A stretch of DNA of 64,000 nucleotides, taken from positions 366,606,001-366,670,000 of the forward strand of contig OZ024741.1 in assembly GCA_964016885.1 (NCBI GenBank), in the 5' to 3' direction. The notes beneath the pieces are model-generated. The model worked only from the letters and a program-made list of their open reading frames with translations, ran no database searches and had not been told where the DNA came from. This stretch comes from Eledone cirrhosa (lineage: Eukaryota). The translations under genes were made by a program, and so were the position numbers. Shown in pieces: positions 14,736 through 27,302 of this stretch (position 1 is the first letter of the stretch; every line of letters starts with the position of its first letter).

Positions 14736-15575
14736 GAGAAATAGAAAAGATCAATATATCCAGTGTTACTGGCAGATTCATCTGAATACTAATGCAGTTA
14801 GAAACAATATTTAAACGATTTGGACCTTTCTGTTGATCTAGCTGTAATAAAGGCAGTTAGTGACTAGCGGAGTTGTGGCTAGGGAAATGGTCTCGAGGGG
14901 ATAGGAGTTTGGGATAACATTTGCGTGTTGTCAAACCAGATAATTATTTCTACTTTTGGCACAAGGTCAGCAATTAACCAGTGCATTACTGGTACTTTAT
15001 TTTATCGACCCCGTAAGGATGAAAGGCAAAGTTAACCTCGGCGGGATTTGAAATCAGAATGGCAAGGGCCGTAAATCTATGCGTCAAAGCATGGCGTCCG
15101 ACCCTCTACCGATACTGCCAATCCACCGCCAAACCAGATAATTGTTTCCACTTTTGGCACAACGCCATCAATTACACAGTACATTACTGGTATTTTATTT
15201 TATCTACCCCGTAAGGATGAAAGGCAAAGTTAACCTCGGCGGGATTTGAACTCAGACCGTAAAGGGACGTAACTATGTTGGAAAGCATGGCGTCCGACTC
15301 TCTACCGATACTACCAATCCACGCCAAACCAGATAATGAATGGTAGATGGATGCTGGTTAACGAGGTATGAATAAGGCACTGAATTGGCAGAGTCGTTGG
15401 AGCAGATGTTCTCAAAGTGTGCGCTACTACCCCCTGGAGGGCATTGAAAAGGTCCATGGGAGCGCTGCGGCCTAAGGGGCCGATGGGGGAGGGGGTAATA
15501 GTATATTAAATAACAAATTATACATATTATGTATAAAAATAGTAAAATAAATAGTATGTAATATTTATTTATACA

Positions 15576-15879
15576 TCTATATATCTAAAACAGAGAATGT
15601 CTGTCTGTCTGTCCGATCACTAAAACTCAAGAACCACCCAACCGATTGTTTTCAAACTTTACACATGTAATACTTATGGTCGTGTGAGTGTTTTGAGCAA
15701 AGAAATTTCAAATTTTCAATGACCTAGGGACCGCATTAGGCGATTTAGCGATCTCTCTATATAATTCTTAGTCTTTCTCTTTTTAGATAGATACATAGAT
15801 ATAACGTTGCGCCGTTATAATATCTGTCTGCATGCCTGGCTGTCTGCATTACGACATTATGACGTAGCTGTGTGTGTGT

Positions 15880-15934
<55 letters not shown>

Positions 15935-16244
15935 TGTGTGTATATATATATATATAGTGTGTAAGGTTTTTCGAAATATTTACTTCTGCGTTCACAGATT
16001 AAATTTTTTATTTTAGTTTCCGAAGATCCCGTTAAGGGTGAAAGCAGCGATTCTTTGCTTAAACTTTAATCTGTTATTTTAATATATATATATAATTATA
16101 TATTCGTGTACAGATATTTTTGCATACACAATAACAAAATATAAACAAACGTATTTATTTCACGAGGCTCGATAAGGATAAATATATATCAAATATATAA
16201 GAGCCCTAGAGCAAATCCCGAGCAACGCCGAGCCATTCTGCTAG
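15576..16244 (+). mobile_element. Non-autonomous Helitron
   Basis: Starts A|TCTATATATCTAAAA followed by (GTCT)n; ends with imperfect GC hairpin cccgagcaacgccgag then ttctgCTAG|T; inserted between A and T with no TSD. Confidence 0.8.
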
Positions 16245-16331
16245 TGGTATATATTATATTATTTCAGGTAAGTATGTTTTTGAAACAGGAGCGAGATGAA
16301 ATTAGAAATAGAAGCTTTCACTGTAATTTTT

Positions 16332-16534
16332 AACTAAAGAGATTTTAGCCTGATAGTGGTGTTTAGAACCCTCTAAGAAATGGAAAAAAATGAGTATTGA
16401 CGTACATGGTAGTCGAACCCATATCTTTAGTTATACAGACCACCTTCCATCGATTCCCATGCACGTCAATACTCATCTTCTTCTATTTCTTAGAGGGATC
16501 TAAACCCCACTATCAGGCTAAAATTTCTTTAGTC
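16332..16534. repeat. Inverted repeat with tRNA-B-box-like inner ends; single arm also at 20537-20620
   Basis: actaaagagattttagcctgatagtgg...gagtattgacgtacatgg versus ccatgcacgtcaatactc...ccactatcaggctaaaatttctttagt. Confidence 0.7.
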
Positions 16535-16754
16535 AAGTTGTATATCTGGCGACATACGGTATGTTTATAAATAAACATTTTGAAAACTGACATAACGCCA
16601 TCTAGTGTTTTCCAACAGAAGCTAAGTAGGGGCAACCAGTGATGATGACGTCATCATTTCTGACTTTAGTCGTTTTCAAACTGGTATTTATACACATATC
16701 GTGTGTCGCAAGATATACAACTTCACGTATTTCATATACAAAGCTATATAATAG

Positions 16755-16837
<83 letters not shown>

Positions 16838-16907
16838 TAGACCACTCGTGACCCGTTTTTAAACAATTAATATATTCAGACATGTATATAATATGAAATG
16901 AAACTGG

Positions 16908-18490
16908 AAGGACCCCTCCTGTTCGCCCTTGGTATTGGCCACATCGCCCGGAGTATCACGGCCCCTCTCAACGTTTGGTATCTGGATGATGCTACGTTGG
17001 GCGGGCCCGTACGGACGGTATGCCATGACCTTCAATCAGTGGTTCCTGCGGGAATCGGCCTCCAGGTCAACTCGGCCAAGTCGGAGGTGGTGAACGTCAG
17101 CCTCGATGCTGCGAGCTTTGCAGCCTCCGTCTTGGACGTGTGGTCCATTCTCCGCCAGGTTCAGGTGACCTCCAAAGAGGATGTCCTCATCCTCGGGTCA
17201 CCGATCCACCCGCCGGCCATCTGCTCCACCATCAGGTCCAGGCTTCATCAGCTCCAGACTGTCACGAGCCGACTGGGCTTGATTGACGGCCACCCAGCTC
17301 ACTTTCTGCTGAGGAACTGCTTCGCCATGCCGAAGCTTCACTATACACTCCGTAGCACTCCATGCCACACCCAGACATCTCTCCTCGCTGACCTCGATAC
17401 TTGTATCCGAGCAGCAGCCGAGGGGATATGCAACGTCAAGTTTGACGACATAGGGTGGCAACAGGCCACTTTACCTGTCAAGTATGGCGGCTTTGGCCTC
17501 CGGTCCCCGATCTCACAAGTTTGCCGGCGTATCTTTCGTCGGTAACCTAGTGCCGTGTCCTCGTAAGCAGGGTTCTTCAAAACACAACAGAACCCTCTGT
17601 GTTCAGAGAACGTGAGGCCGCCTGTGAGACGTGGGACCGGCTGGGACTTAGCCCAGTAGACGTCCCACCTCCTTCTCCCCCTGTTAACGTCAAGTCCCCC
17701 TAACGCACTTGGGATGCCATCCAGTGCAGCCTAGCCTCAGACAGGCTCACCCGCCAGCTCGACCAGCACCGCCTTGCTTGTTTTCGTGCGGCCTCCAAAC
17801 CCCACAGTGGTTCCTGGCTCCATGTCCTGCCCTCCTTCTCCACTGGCGGCTAGACAACCATAGCCTGCGAATCGGCGTTTCCCTGAGGCTCAACCTCCGG
17901 ATCTGCCAGCCACACCAATGTCGCTGCGGTTCCACCGTGGACTCTTTCGGACTCCACCCGCTTTCCTGTCTCCACAGTGCCGGCCGCATTCCACGCCATG
18001 CTGCTCTCAACGAGGTCATTAAGCATGGCTTGGACGCTGCAGGCTTCCCTTCCCAGCTCGAGCCGGTGGGGCTGGATCGAGGGGACGGCAAAAAGCCGGA
18101 TGGCATGACCATCTTCCCATTCCGCGGGATGCCACTTGCACCGACACTTTCTGCAGCCGCAACCTGGGCAGTCTGCGACTGACCCAGGTTCTGCTGCATG
18201 TCGGGCTAAGGGGGCCAAACTCCTCAAATACCGGTCGCTCTCCGACAGGTTTGCGGTCGTTCCCCTGGCAGTGGAGACTTCTGATGTCCTCGGCCCCAGG
18301 GTTACCTCCTTACTCACCATTATAGGCGCTGAGTTGGCCAGCCGCAGGTGTGAGCCCCGCGAGTTGGAGTGGCTTTTCCAGCGCGTCTCTCTTGCCGTCC
18401 TCCGGGGAAACGCCTTGTCCATTCTGTCCGCCGGGGCTGTGGGTGGGCCCCATCGCGTAACAATACATTAGTTAAATACCATTCCTTCAT
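16908..18490 (+). mobile_element. 5'-truncated CRE-like non-LTR retrotransposon (RT + zinc knuckle + restriction-like endonuclease), frameshifted
   Basis: GPLLFAL, WYLDD, ILGSPI, LPVKYGGFGLR; CRCG..H..SC, RH, EP, KPDG; [20 protein letters not shown]; visibly GC-rich against the background. Confidence 0.85.
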
Positions 18491-18531
18491 CTGATATACG
18501 TGTGTGTACGTATATATGTAAATGTGTGTGT

Positions 18532-18632
<101 letters not shown>

Positions 18633-18761
18633 GAAGTAAACACAGTAAATCCCGTGTCTAAAATTACGAGGGTAGATTACACCACAAATGTTATATATCA
18701 TTCAACCTGAATCATATGGGATGTTACAAGATTTCTCATACATACCATATCAATAACCATT

Positions 18762-18857
18762 TCATCTCCCGGACAGACTAAAGATTTAATCTGTTTCGCC
18801 CTGAATGAATCGTGTTTGTAACAAGTAATCCGTAGGCATTTCGTCAGCGAGAGATAA
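18762..18857 (-). ncRNA. Type-I hammerhead ribozyme with long stems I and III
   Basis: Minus strand ttatctctcg-CTGACGA-aat-gcct...gggc-GAA-acagattaaa-tc-tttagtctgt-C-cgggagatga; 10-bp stem I, ~10-bp stem III, GUC triplet. Confidence 0.8.
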
Positions 18858-19092
18858 GATTAAATGTTACACAACACCTATAACGATAAACTCACTAAAG
18901 TTTACACCTCGTGCGTTGAAAGTCATATGCGGTGCGAGTGGTTATGCTAGAAATAATAGCCTATTTACACTCATTTTTATAAGCTCAACAGATAAGGAGC
19001 CGAAATACAAATAAAATATAGAGTTATTAACTCATATAGATACCCTGCAATTAACAAGCTCAAAGTATAAATACTGAGCATTATAATATTAA

Positions 19093-19283
19093 GGCGGTGG
19101 ATTGGCAGTATCGGTAGAGGGTCGGACGCCATGCTTTCCAGCATAGTTACGTCCCTTTACGATCTGAGTTCAAATCCCGCCGAGGTTGACTTTACCTTTC
19201 ATCCTTACGGGGTCGATAAAATAAAGTACCAGTAATGCACTGGGTAATTGCTGGCCTTGTGCCTAAAATAGAAACAATTATAA
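19093..19283 (+). mobile_element. SINE family A, representative full copy (others ~1045, 6262, 6889, 14945, 15143, 24857, 25222, 32940, 33107, 33330, 39472, 41610, 41806, 46935, 53729, 61735, 62665)
   Basis: Pol III A-box-like TGGCAGTATCGG and B-box GAGTTCAAATCC; central core gaggttgactttacctttcatccttacggggtcgataaaataaagtaccag resembles the Deu/Nin-type SINE domain (from memory); tail ccttgtgcctaaaatagaaacaatta. Confidence 0.85.
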
Positions 19284-19434
19284 TATTAATATGTGTAGAA
19301 GTAAACACATTAAATCCCGTGTCTAAAATTACGAGGGTAGATTACACCACAAATATTATAATGCTCAGTATTTATACTTTGAGCTTGTTAATTGCAGGGT
19401 ATCTATATGAGTTAATAACTCTATATTTTATTTG

Positions 19435-19503
<69 letters not shown>

Positions 19504-19662
19504 GAATGTCTGTGATCTATATACATTGGTCACAGACACACACACATATATACACACACACTCACATATATTCACAACAACGCCAACAGCTCTCTTGCAT
19601 TCTCCTCTCCCTCTCTCTATGTCTCTCTTTCAATCTACACTCTCACAACCACTATCCCTTTC

Positions 19663-19728
<66 letters not shown>

Positions 19729-19925
19729 AATGAAGGTACCCAGAAATCCCATAATTCGGGAACCCGTGCTTCGATTTACGCGAAACTTGTTTTATTCCAT
19801 TTGTATCCCCATTTCAGGGCAACTTCCTTTCAAACTATTTTCCCATTATGCACCCTTTTGGCTGTATTACATTACAGACAAGCAAGCAAGCAATCACAGA
19901 ATTTTAGTAATATGTAAATATATAC

Positions 19926-20012
<87 letters not shown>

Positions 20013-20103
20013 CAGTTCTAGTCCTATAGATGTCATTCCTATCTGAAATATATTATGCACCTTCTCTGCATACATACATATATACATGCATACAAACATA
20101 CAT

Positions 20104-20198
<95 letters not shown>

Positions 20199-20649
20199 CA
20201 CACACAGAGTGTATTTTTTTCTAGTTAACTATTTAGAACTATTTCTAGCTTGGCTTTCATCTTTTCCAAGCAGTTCAGTAAAAGTAACTATTCCCGCATT
20301 TCCCTCACTTCCTTTCCTCCCTTTGCTTCTATTCTTTGGTTCAGTAGAAAATGATTGATTTTGTTCGTTTCTTTACTTCCGTCCACGTATGTTGGAAATT
20401 ATTATGCTTGAATTTTATTTCATACCTTTCGTTAAATAATTATATTTTGTATTCTGTTTTGTAATTCTATATTCTTTATTCGTTCGTTTGATATATATAT
20501 ACATACATATGTATATATATAAATATACATGTACATCAATACTCATCTTTTTCCATTTCTCCGACGGTTCTTAACCCCACTATCAGGCTAAATAATTTTT
20601 TTAATTTCTTTAGTCAAAATACGGCGATAGCTAACATTTCTAATAATAT

Positions 20650-21660
20650 ATAGGAGCCAGAACCAAATGGGGAAAAATGGTAAATAATGACATAAATGGG
20701 ACCTGCCCCTTGTATAGGAGCAAATTTTGGAATAGAATAGAAAGAACTAGGAACAAGGCTAATAGAATAAACTCATGGTATGATAGCAATAAATACCAGA
20801 GTGTAATGTTCATCGATACAACCCCTAGAGGTGAATTAGCTTACAAATTTAGAAGGGCCCTAGATAAACATAAACTCAATATTAAGATAGTAGAAAGACC
20901 AGGTACCTCCGTAAAAACACTTATTAGCAAGACATACCCTTTTCAAAGACCCTCATGTATAGATAAGAAATGTATAACCTGTAAAATAAGCCCCCATATT
21001 AACTGTAAAACTAGAAATGTAGTGTATAACATAAGATGTACTGAAGGACAATGTAGAGACAAAAATATAGTGTACATAGGTGAGACAGCTCGTAGTGTAG
21101 GGGAACGGATAAATGAACACTGGCGAGACCTTCAAGATAGTAAAGAATCATCTGTACTCTACCAACATGCTAAAATAGAACACAAGGGTAAATTAGAGAA
21201 CATAGAAATAAAAATAGAATCTACACACAGAAAAGACGCAATGTTTAGACAAATCACAGAGGCAATAAAGATAAAAGAATTACAACCAAAATTAAATAGA
21301 AAATATGAGTGGAACAGCAACATCACAACTTACAATTAAGGACAAAATGAAAACACACACATAGAACAAACAACCAACTAGTAACATGTAAATAAACAAA
21401 TAAATAAATGAACATAAACACACACAGACAGCCGGATGTGGCGCATGCGCAGACTGAGCACACAACACACACACAGAAACAAAATGGCGTAGGACAGAAC
21501 AAAGGAGAGGCACAAAAACAAAGAAAAGAATCCCCAGTCACTGAAGAGGTCACAGAATGTGTGACGAAAGAACTTTGACAATATATAAACAACTATCTGG
21601 TTGTGGAACCAACCAACCAACCAGAAATTTATAAATTCCTAAATTTATAAATTTATTATA
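20650..21660 (+). mobile_element. 5'-truncated Penelope-like element: GIY-YIG endonuclease ORF (20677-21339) plus 3' pLTR
   Basis: CIDKKCITC linker, NVVYNIRC...YIGETARSVGERINEH, ITEAIKI...PKLN; downstream HHR at 21537. Confidence 0.88.
21537..21579 (+). ncRNA. Minimal type-I hammerhead ribozyme of PLE pLTR
   Basis: gtca-CTGAAGA-g-gtcac-agaatgt-gtgac-GAAA-gaac-TT-tgac. Confidence 0.75.
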
Positions 21661-21786
21661 ATAAATTGAAGTGAAAGCAACTGGTCCGTGTGTTTCTTAT
21701 TGGCAACATGACCCTCCCAAAGTATAACAATATCGGTTTCAACACACGATTTCAGATAAAGAATCTTGCTAAACAAATTCAGAAAC

Positions 21787-21865
<79 letters not shown>

Positions 21866-21877
21866 TATATTTATATA

Positions 21878-21953
<76 letters not shown>

Positions 21954-21969
21954 TATATTTATATGTGTG

Positions 21970-22019
<50 letters not shown>

Positions 22020-22059
22020 GTTTGAATATGTATAGTAAAGCCAAAACAATGCAGGTATG

Positions 22060-23711
22060 GACATAGAAAAAAGAATGCAATTGCAAAAGATATTGTTGAC
22101 AATTCGTCTTTTACCTTAGATTTATTTAAATGTCCTTATATTTCGAGATAATATCTCTTCTTCAGAGGGAAATAAAGGTCTCAAACCAGCGTTCTAAATA
22201 TCTTGCCAAGCCATGCTGACAGGAAATAGTATAGAGTATCTGTTCTATCTCTAATGTCAAAGAGTTAAAATTAGGTGGATAAAGAGTAGTCTCCCTTTAA
22301 AAGGGGTTTGTCTAGGGGTTTTTTGTTTATATACATGCCTGTTTAAGTGTGTGGGAGAATGCATGAAGGTGTAAGTATGTGAGTGTGTGTGTGTGAGTGT
22401 GAGAAGATAAGTCTATTCGTAAACGTGGGGATAGGTGTTATCTGGTGTTAGAACTGGTTTTGTGTGTGTATGTGTAAGAGAGAATAAGTGGAGGTGTAAG
22501 CGTGTGTGTGTGTGCGTGCGTGTGGGGGGGGGGTAAATATGGGGCTAGATCCCTATCAGGTTATAAATTGGGTGTTGAGTTCTAGTCTATTATTGATTGG
22601 TGGTTGTGTTTTATCTATAATTAGTGCTTTCTTAATTCTAAGATTGCCGAGGTTTCTTTCCTTAGTTTCTATCCTAACTGTTATGGTTTTGTCGGTGTTT
22701 TTGCATTTAACTAGGTGTTTCTTAAATGAGGAAGCGTTAGTATTGAGGTGTTCTTTTATTCTTATGTGGAGTGGTCTGGTGGTGCTACCTACGTAGAAGT
22801 AGTTGTATTTGTCACACTCTAGTCTGTATACGACGTAAGCCTGGTGGCATAGGTCTGTGTCGTTGATGGGGCAGTTGGCTAGTCTGCAGCAGTTGTCATG
22901 TCTGGTGGAGTGTCTTTTGGTTAGCTGTCCGCGTAGAGAAGGACCTGAGTGGGCCAGTTGGATATCTAGTCCCTCTCGTCTGATGGCTCTGCGGATGGCT
23001 GTTGTTGTTTCTTTACTGAAGTGTGGGAGCTTCAGGAAGCAAGTGTTAGTGCCTCGGGTGTGGTGTCCTCTGTTCTTTCTGGCACGGTTTGTGGTGGATG
23101 TCGTTTATCCGTTCAGTTTGAGTACTTCCAGGAAATGTGTGGTGTGTGTGTCTCGGTTTCTAGCGTCGGTGCATTTGTTCCGGATACGTGCCAGTTCGTT
23201 CCTTATGTATCCGAACTTGGCACCGAGTGGGAGGGCCGATCTGAAATGTACGAATAGGTCCCTGCTGGCGGCTTTTTTATAGAAGCAGGTGTGGATGTTG
23301 CCTTCCTCTGTTACCCTGAGTTGGAAGTCCAGTAGGGATAGGGATCCGCGGTCATCGGGGTGGTCCATGCTGAACTTTATACTGGCGTCCATGCTGGAGA
23401 ATGTTGTGTATATTTTATCTGCCTCCTCACGGGATGATGTAAGGATGAGTATGTCATCTACATATCGGGTGAAGAAGGCATGGGAATGGCAGGTGTTGAG
23501 GGTTCGGCATTCTAGCTGGTTCATGTAGGTGATGGCCAGCAGGCTCGATAGGCTGGATCCCATGGGTAATCCTGTTGTCTGTCTGTATGTGTGGTGGTGG
23601 AAGGTGAAGTACGTGTTGTCTAGTGTGAAGGACAAAAGCTGGTGTATGTCCGTCGGGTGGAGGCCGTAGCAGTGGATGTCTTCTGTGACCACGCAGTCCG
23701 TCAATAAATCG

Positions 23712-23712
<1 letters not shown>
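22060..23712 (-). mobile_element. 5'-truncated Penelope-like element (RT C-half + GIY-YIG + pLTR)
   Basis: GLPMGSSLSSLLA, FTRYVDDILIL, LSLLDF, HFRSALP; then YVVYRLEC..FYVGSTTRPLHIRIKEH (~22850-22750); HHR at 22134-22168. Confidence 0.9.
22134..22168 (-). ncRNA. Minimal type-I hammerhead ribozyme
   Basis: Minus strand cct-CTGAAGA-a-gagat-att-atctc-GAAA-ta-TA-agg, followed by AATAAA. Confidence 0.7.
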
Positions 23713-23747
<35 letters not shown>

Positions 23748-23750
<3 letters not shown>

Positions 23751-23917
23751 TTATTCAAGGTTGAATCGGAGGTAACCACAGTAAGTAAGGTACTCAATAC
23801 ATACCAGAGTATAAATAGAAGCTCTTCCATATTAAAAAAGTATATATATATATATATATATAGCACATATAAATATATACATACATATATATATATAACA
23901 CATATAAATATATACAT

Positions 23918-23983
<66 letters not shown>

Positions 23984-24236
23984 GTGAGGTTTTTTTTACA
24001 AAAGGAAAAATAACCGAGGTGTCCTACACGAGTGAAAGTATAAAGAAAAAGAGATGAAATCGAAAATGCAACTGAAGTCTTATTTTTTTTTTAAATATAT
24101 ATATTTATTTGGTTCCTTTACCGGTTTCGCAGTTCTTCTGCTTTTCAAAAGGTGAGTTGAGATGGAGGGTCTGTGGTTTTTCTCACATCTGAGATATATA
24201 TGTGTGTGTGTGTGTGTATGTATATATTTATATGTG

Positions 24237-24290
<54 letters not shown>

Positions 24291-24413
24291 ATATTTATAT
24301 GTGTTATATATATATATATAATTTTTTAATATGGAAGAGCTTCTATTTATACTCTGGTATGTATTGAGTACCTTACTTACTGTGGTTACCTCCGATTCAA
24401 CCTTGAATAACTT
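23748..24413. repeat. ~90-bp inverted repeat (plus mirrored microsatellite) enclosing a mutated HHR element
   Basis: aagttattcaaggttgaatcgg...ccatattaaaaaa (23748-23839) is the reverse complement of 24322-24413; minus strand cctt-TTGAAAA-gcag..ctgc-GAAA-ccgg-TA-aagg at 24115-24152. Confidence 0.8.
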
Positions 24414-24696
24414 ATATATATATATATATGTGTGCGTAGAGAGAGAGAGAGAGGGGGGGGGATAAATAAATTAGTTAGATATATAGATAGATAGATAGAT
24501 ATATGGATAGATTCATGCTGACACACATACATATAGTAGTGTGTGTAAGTGTGCATGTTAATATATATCTTTATCTATATATGTGTGTGTGTGTGTAGTA
24601 GGAAATTTCCTTTCCTCGTGACATTCCTTAGAGTTTGTAAGGGAAAAGAAAACTAACTTCTATATTCTTCTCCTTTCTCTTTCATTTCTATAACTA

Positions 24697-24763
<67 letters not shown>

Positions 24764-25074
24764 CCGAATAAAATGTACTGAGTAATCTCTTCTTTGCTAA
24801 AGCAAAGAACATTTAGACAAGTTTAGTATTTAGTAAGAATTATTATCATTATTGTTCGGTGGATTGGCAGTATCGGTAGAGCGTCAGACACCATGCTTTG
24901 CAGTATAGAATCATGGCCCTTTACGTTCTGAGTTCAAATCCCGCCGAGGTTACCTTTGCCTTTCATCCTTACGGGGTCGATAAAGTAAAGTACCAGTCAT
25001 GCACTGGGGACGATTTAACTGACTTTTCTCTCCCCAAAATTTGCTGGGCTTGTGCCTAAATCGAAAATCACGAT

Positions 25075-25220
25075 TTGAGAATGAATGATAGTATCCGAAA
25101 GCAAGTCTTATTTGGTCAACTCAAAAACTCTCGTAGAAATGTAAGAGGACCACTACGTCACTATAAAACAATCTTAGGGACAGTTTTAAATGTCTGAATA
25201 TGAATATTAATAGCTGGGAA
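25075..25220 (+). pseudogene. RTE (BovB-like) LINE C-terminal fragment
   Basis: Reads RMNDSIRKQVLFGQLKNSRRNVRGPLRHYK...INSWE. Confidence 0.5.
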
Positions 25221-27302
25221 AGGGCGATGGATTGGCAGTATCGGTAGAGGGTCGGACGTCATGCTTTGCAACATAGAGTTACGGCCCTTTATGATCTGAG
25301 TTCAAATCCCGCCGAGCTTAACTTTGCCTTACATCTTTACGGGATCGATAAAATAAAGTACCGGTCACACACTGGGGTCGATTTAATCGACTTCCCCTCC
25401 CCCAAAATTGCTGGCCTTGTGCTGCGTGTGGCCATTTACAAACACACCTGCTGTCCGCACAAAGATTTTTACAGCTCGAACAAAACATGTGTTGTAATGT
25501 GTGCAATTAGTTGTCCTGTGTGGCCTTCAGACAACACATATGTGACCCATGTGGCCCTCGGGGCACCCTCAGTTTGACATGCCTGCTCTAACCCGGTTCT
25601 TGCCTAGCAACTGCTTTTGCTTTGTCTTCTTTTGTTGAACACACACACGTCGTTTTCGATAGGAGGCTCCATCATATATATATATATATATGGGGGGGGG
25701 TCTGTGTGTTTGTTTGTTTGTGTGTGTAGGTGTGTGTGTGTGTATGTGTGTGTATATATATGCTCATGTGTGTGCTTGCTGGCGTCTCTATGTGTGTGCA
25801 TGTCTATGATTATCACTGAGTTCACATATATTTTATATAACAAAAAGGAAAACACACATAGAATAAAAATTGCGAAAATGATTTGTAATTTTCTTCAGAA
25901 ATGAATCACATGGGTGTTAATATATTGAAAATTGAGGGAATAATGTGTTTCTGCCGGTTCTAATAATAGAGTGTAATTTTGCCAAAACTGACAAAAGTAT
26001 GTGGTTGATTCGTTAAGCGAATTAGGCAAAAGAAATCGATTCGAAACAAGTCAAGTATATAGCGCTGCTTATCTCTTAACACCCAATAATGATTTACTAG
26101 AAAATATCTAGAAACAGGTTTGTTAATTCAAATGTTTATAGTATTTTTACTAATGAACAGATCATTATGAACAGTTGCAGAGTTAGAGTAAAGATTTCAA
26201 TTTTAATGTGAAATAGTCGTAGTGCAGTTTTGTACTTTTCAAGATTGATTTGCTTATGCGATTTCATGTGGTTTGTTGCTCCAAATGTTTATAGTGTATT
26301 TGTTAGTGGACAGTTTGTTGTGAAAATTTGCAACATAAGAGTAAAGAATTTTTAACCTGTTATAGCCATAGTGCCGTTTTATACTTTTCAAGAATGTTTT
26401 ATTAAGATGGTTTCATGCGGTTCAATGTGTTAAGAATTAGAGGAAGTGCATTTTTAGAAGTAGAATACTTTAAGGAAGAAAAGTTTAACAATATACCGGC
26501 GAAATCAGACAGGTTGAATTTTCTAGACAAATTCTAGACATTGAGCGTTCAGCATCAAACACAGGCTAATGAACTTGTTTACACTCATCAGGTGTTGTTG
26601 CCCATTTTAGATATTTCACATACGATACAACAAATTTTCTACGCGTTGAAGTAAATTATATATATTTGTATGTACGTATTATCATAGCTGCGCTTACACG
26701 CGCTCGCATAACGCCATAAGTTTATACATAAGCATATTTAGGAATGTACATATATACACACACTCACACATGAGTATATGTATGTGTGTATTTATCAGTT
26801 GACTAAATCTAATTATATTTTATACTAAACATTGAATACTTTTCCCTAATTTGTAACAAAAGAACGAGCGCTCGCGCGCGCGTGTGTATGTGTGCGTGTG
26901 AGTGTGTATAGACTGAAATATAGAAAAATCTAAACTATAATAAAGTAAGGAGCGCGGGACTGCGTCCAGAATATTATTTTTTTATCCCGTTTGTAAAATA
27001 AGTTGGATTACTTTGAATAAATAATAAATGAATATTACAAAATTTATCTACTAAATTTCGTAACACATGATTAAACATATATTTAAAATATTCAAGATTC
27101 ACTTCTTTTAAAAGATTCAAATTTCAATACTTCCGGTATATCTACACTATATATATAGAGAGAGAGATGGTGAAAGAGAAAGATGAAGCGATTTTGATTT
27201 TTTTCAACACGCTGATGTGTGAGCGTGTGCGTGTATGTTGTTCTTTGATTTTATACAGTTATTTCAAAGATTTCTTTTCTCCGTGTCAGCTATATATATA
27301 TA

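Noticed and set aside
14932-15337. CRISPR-like repeat-spacer pattern
   Set aside because: Eukaryotic context, only 13-bp repeats, and the spacers are homologous SINE copies.
19093-19180. tRNA gene calls at A/B-box motifs
   Set aside because: They are SINE heads; no complete cloverleaf.
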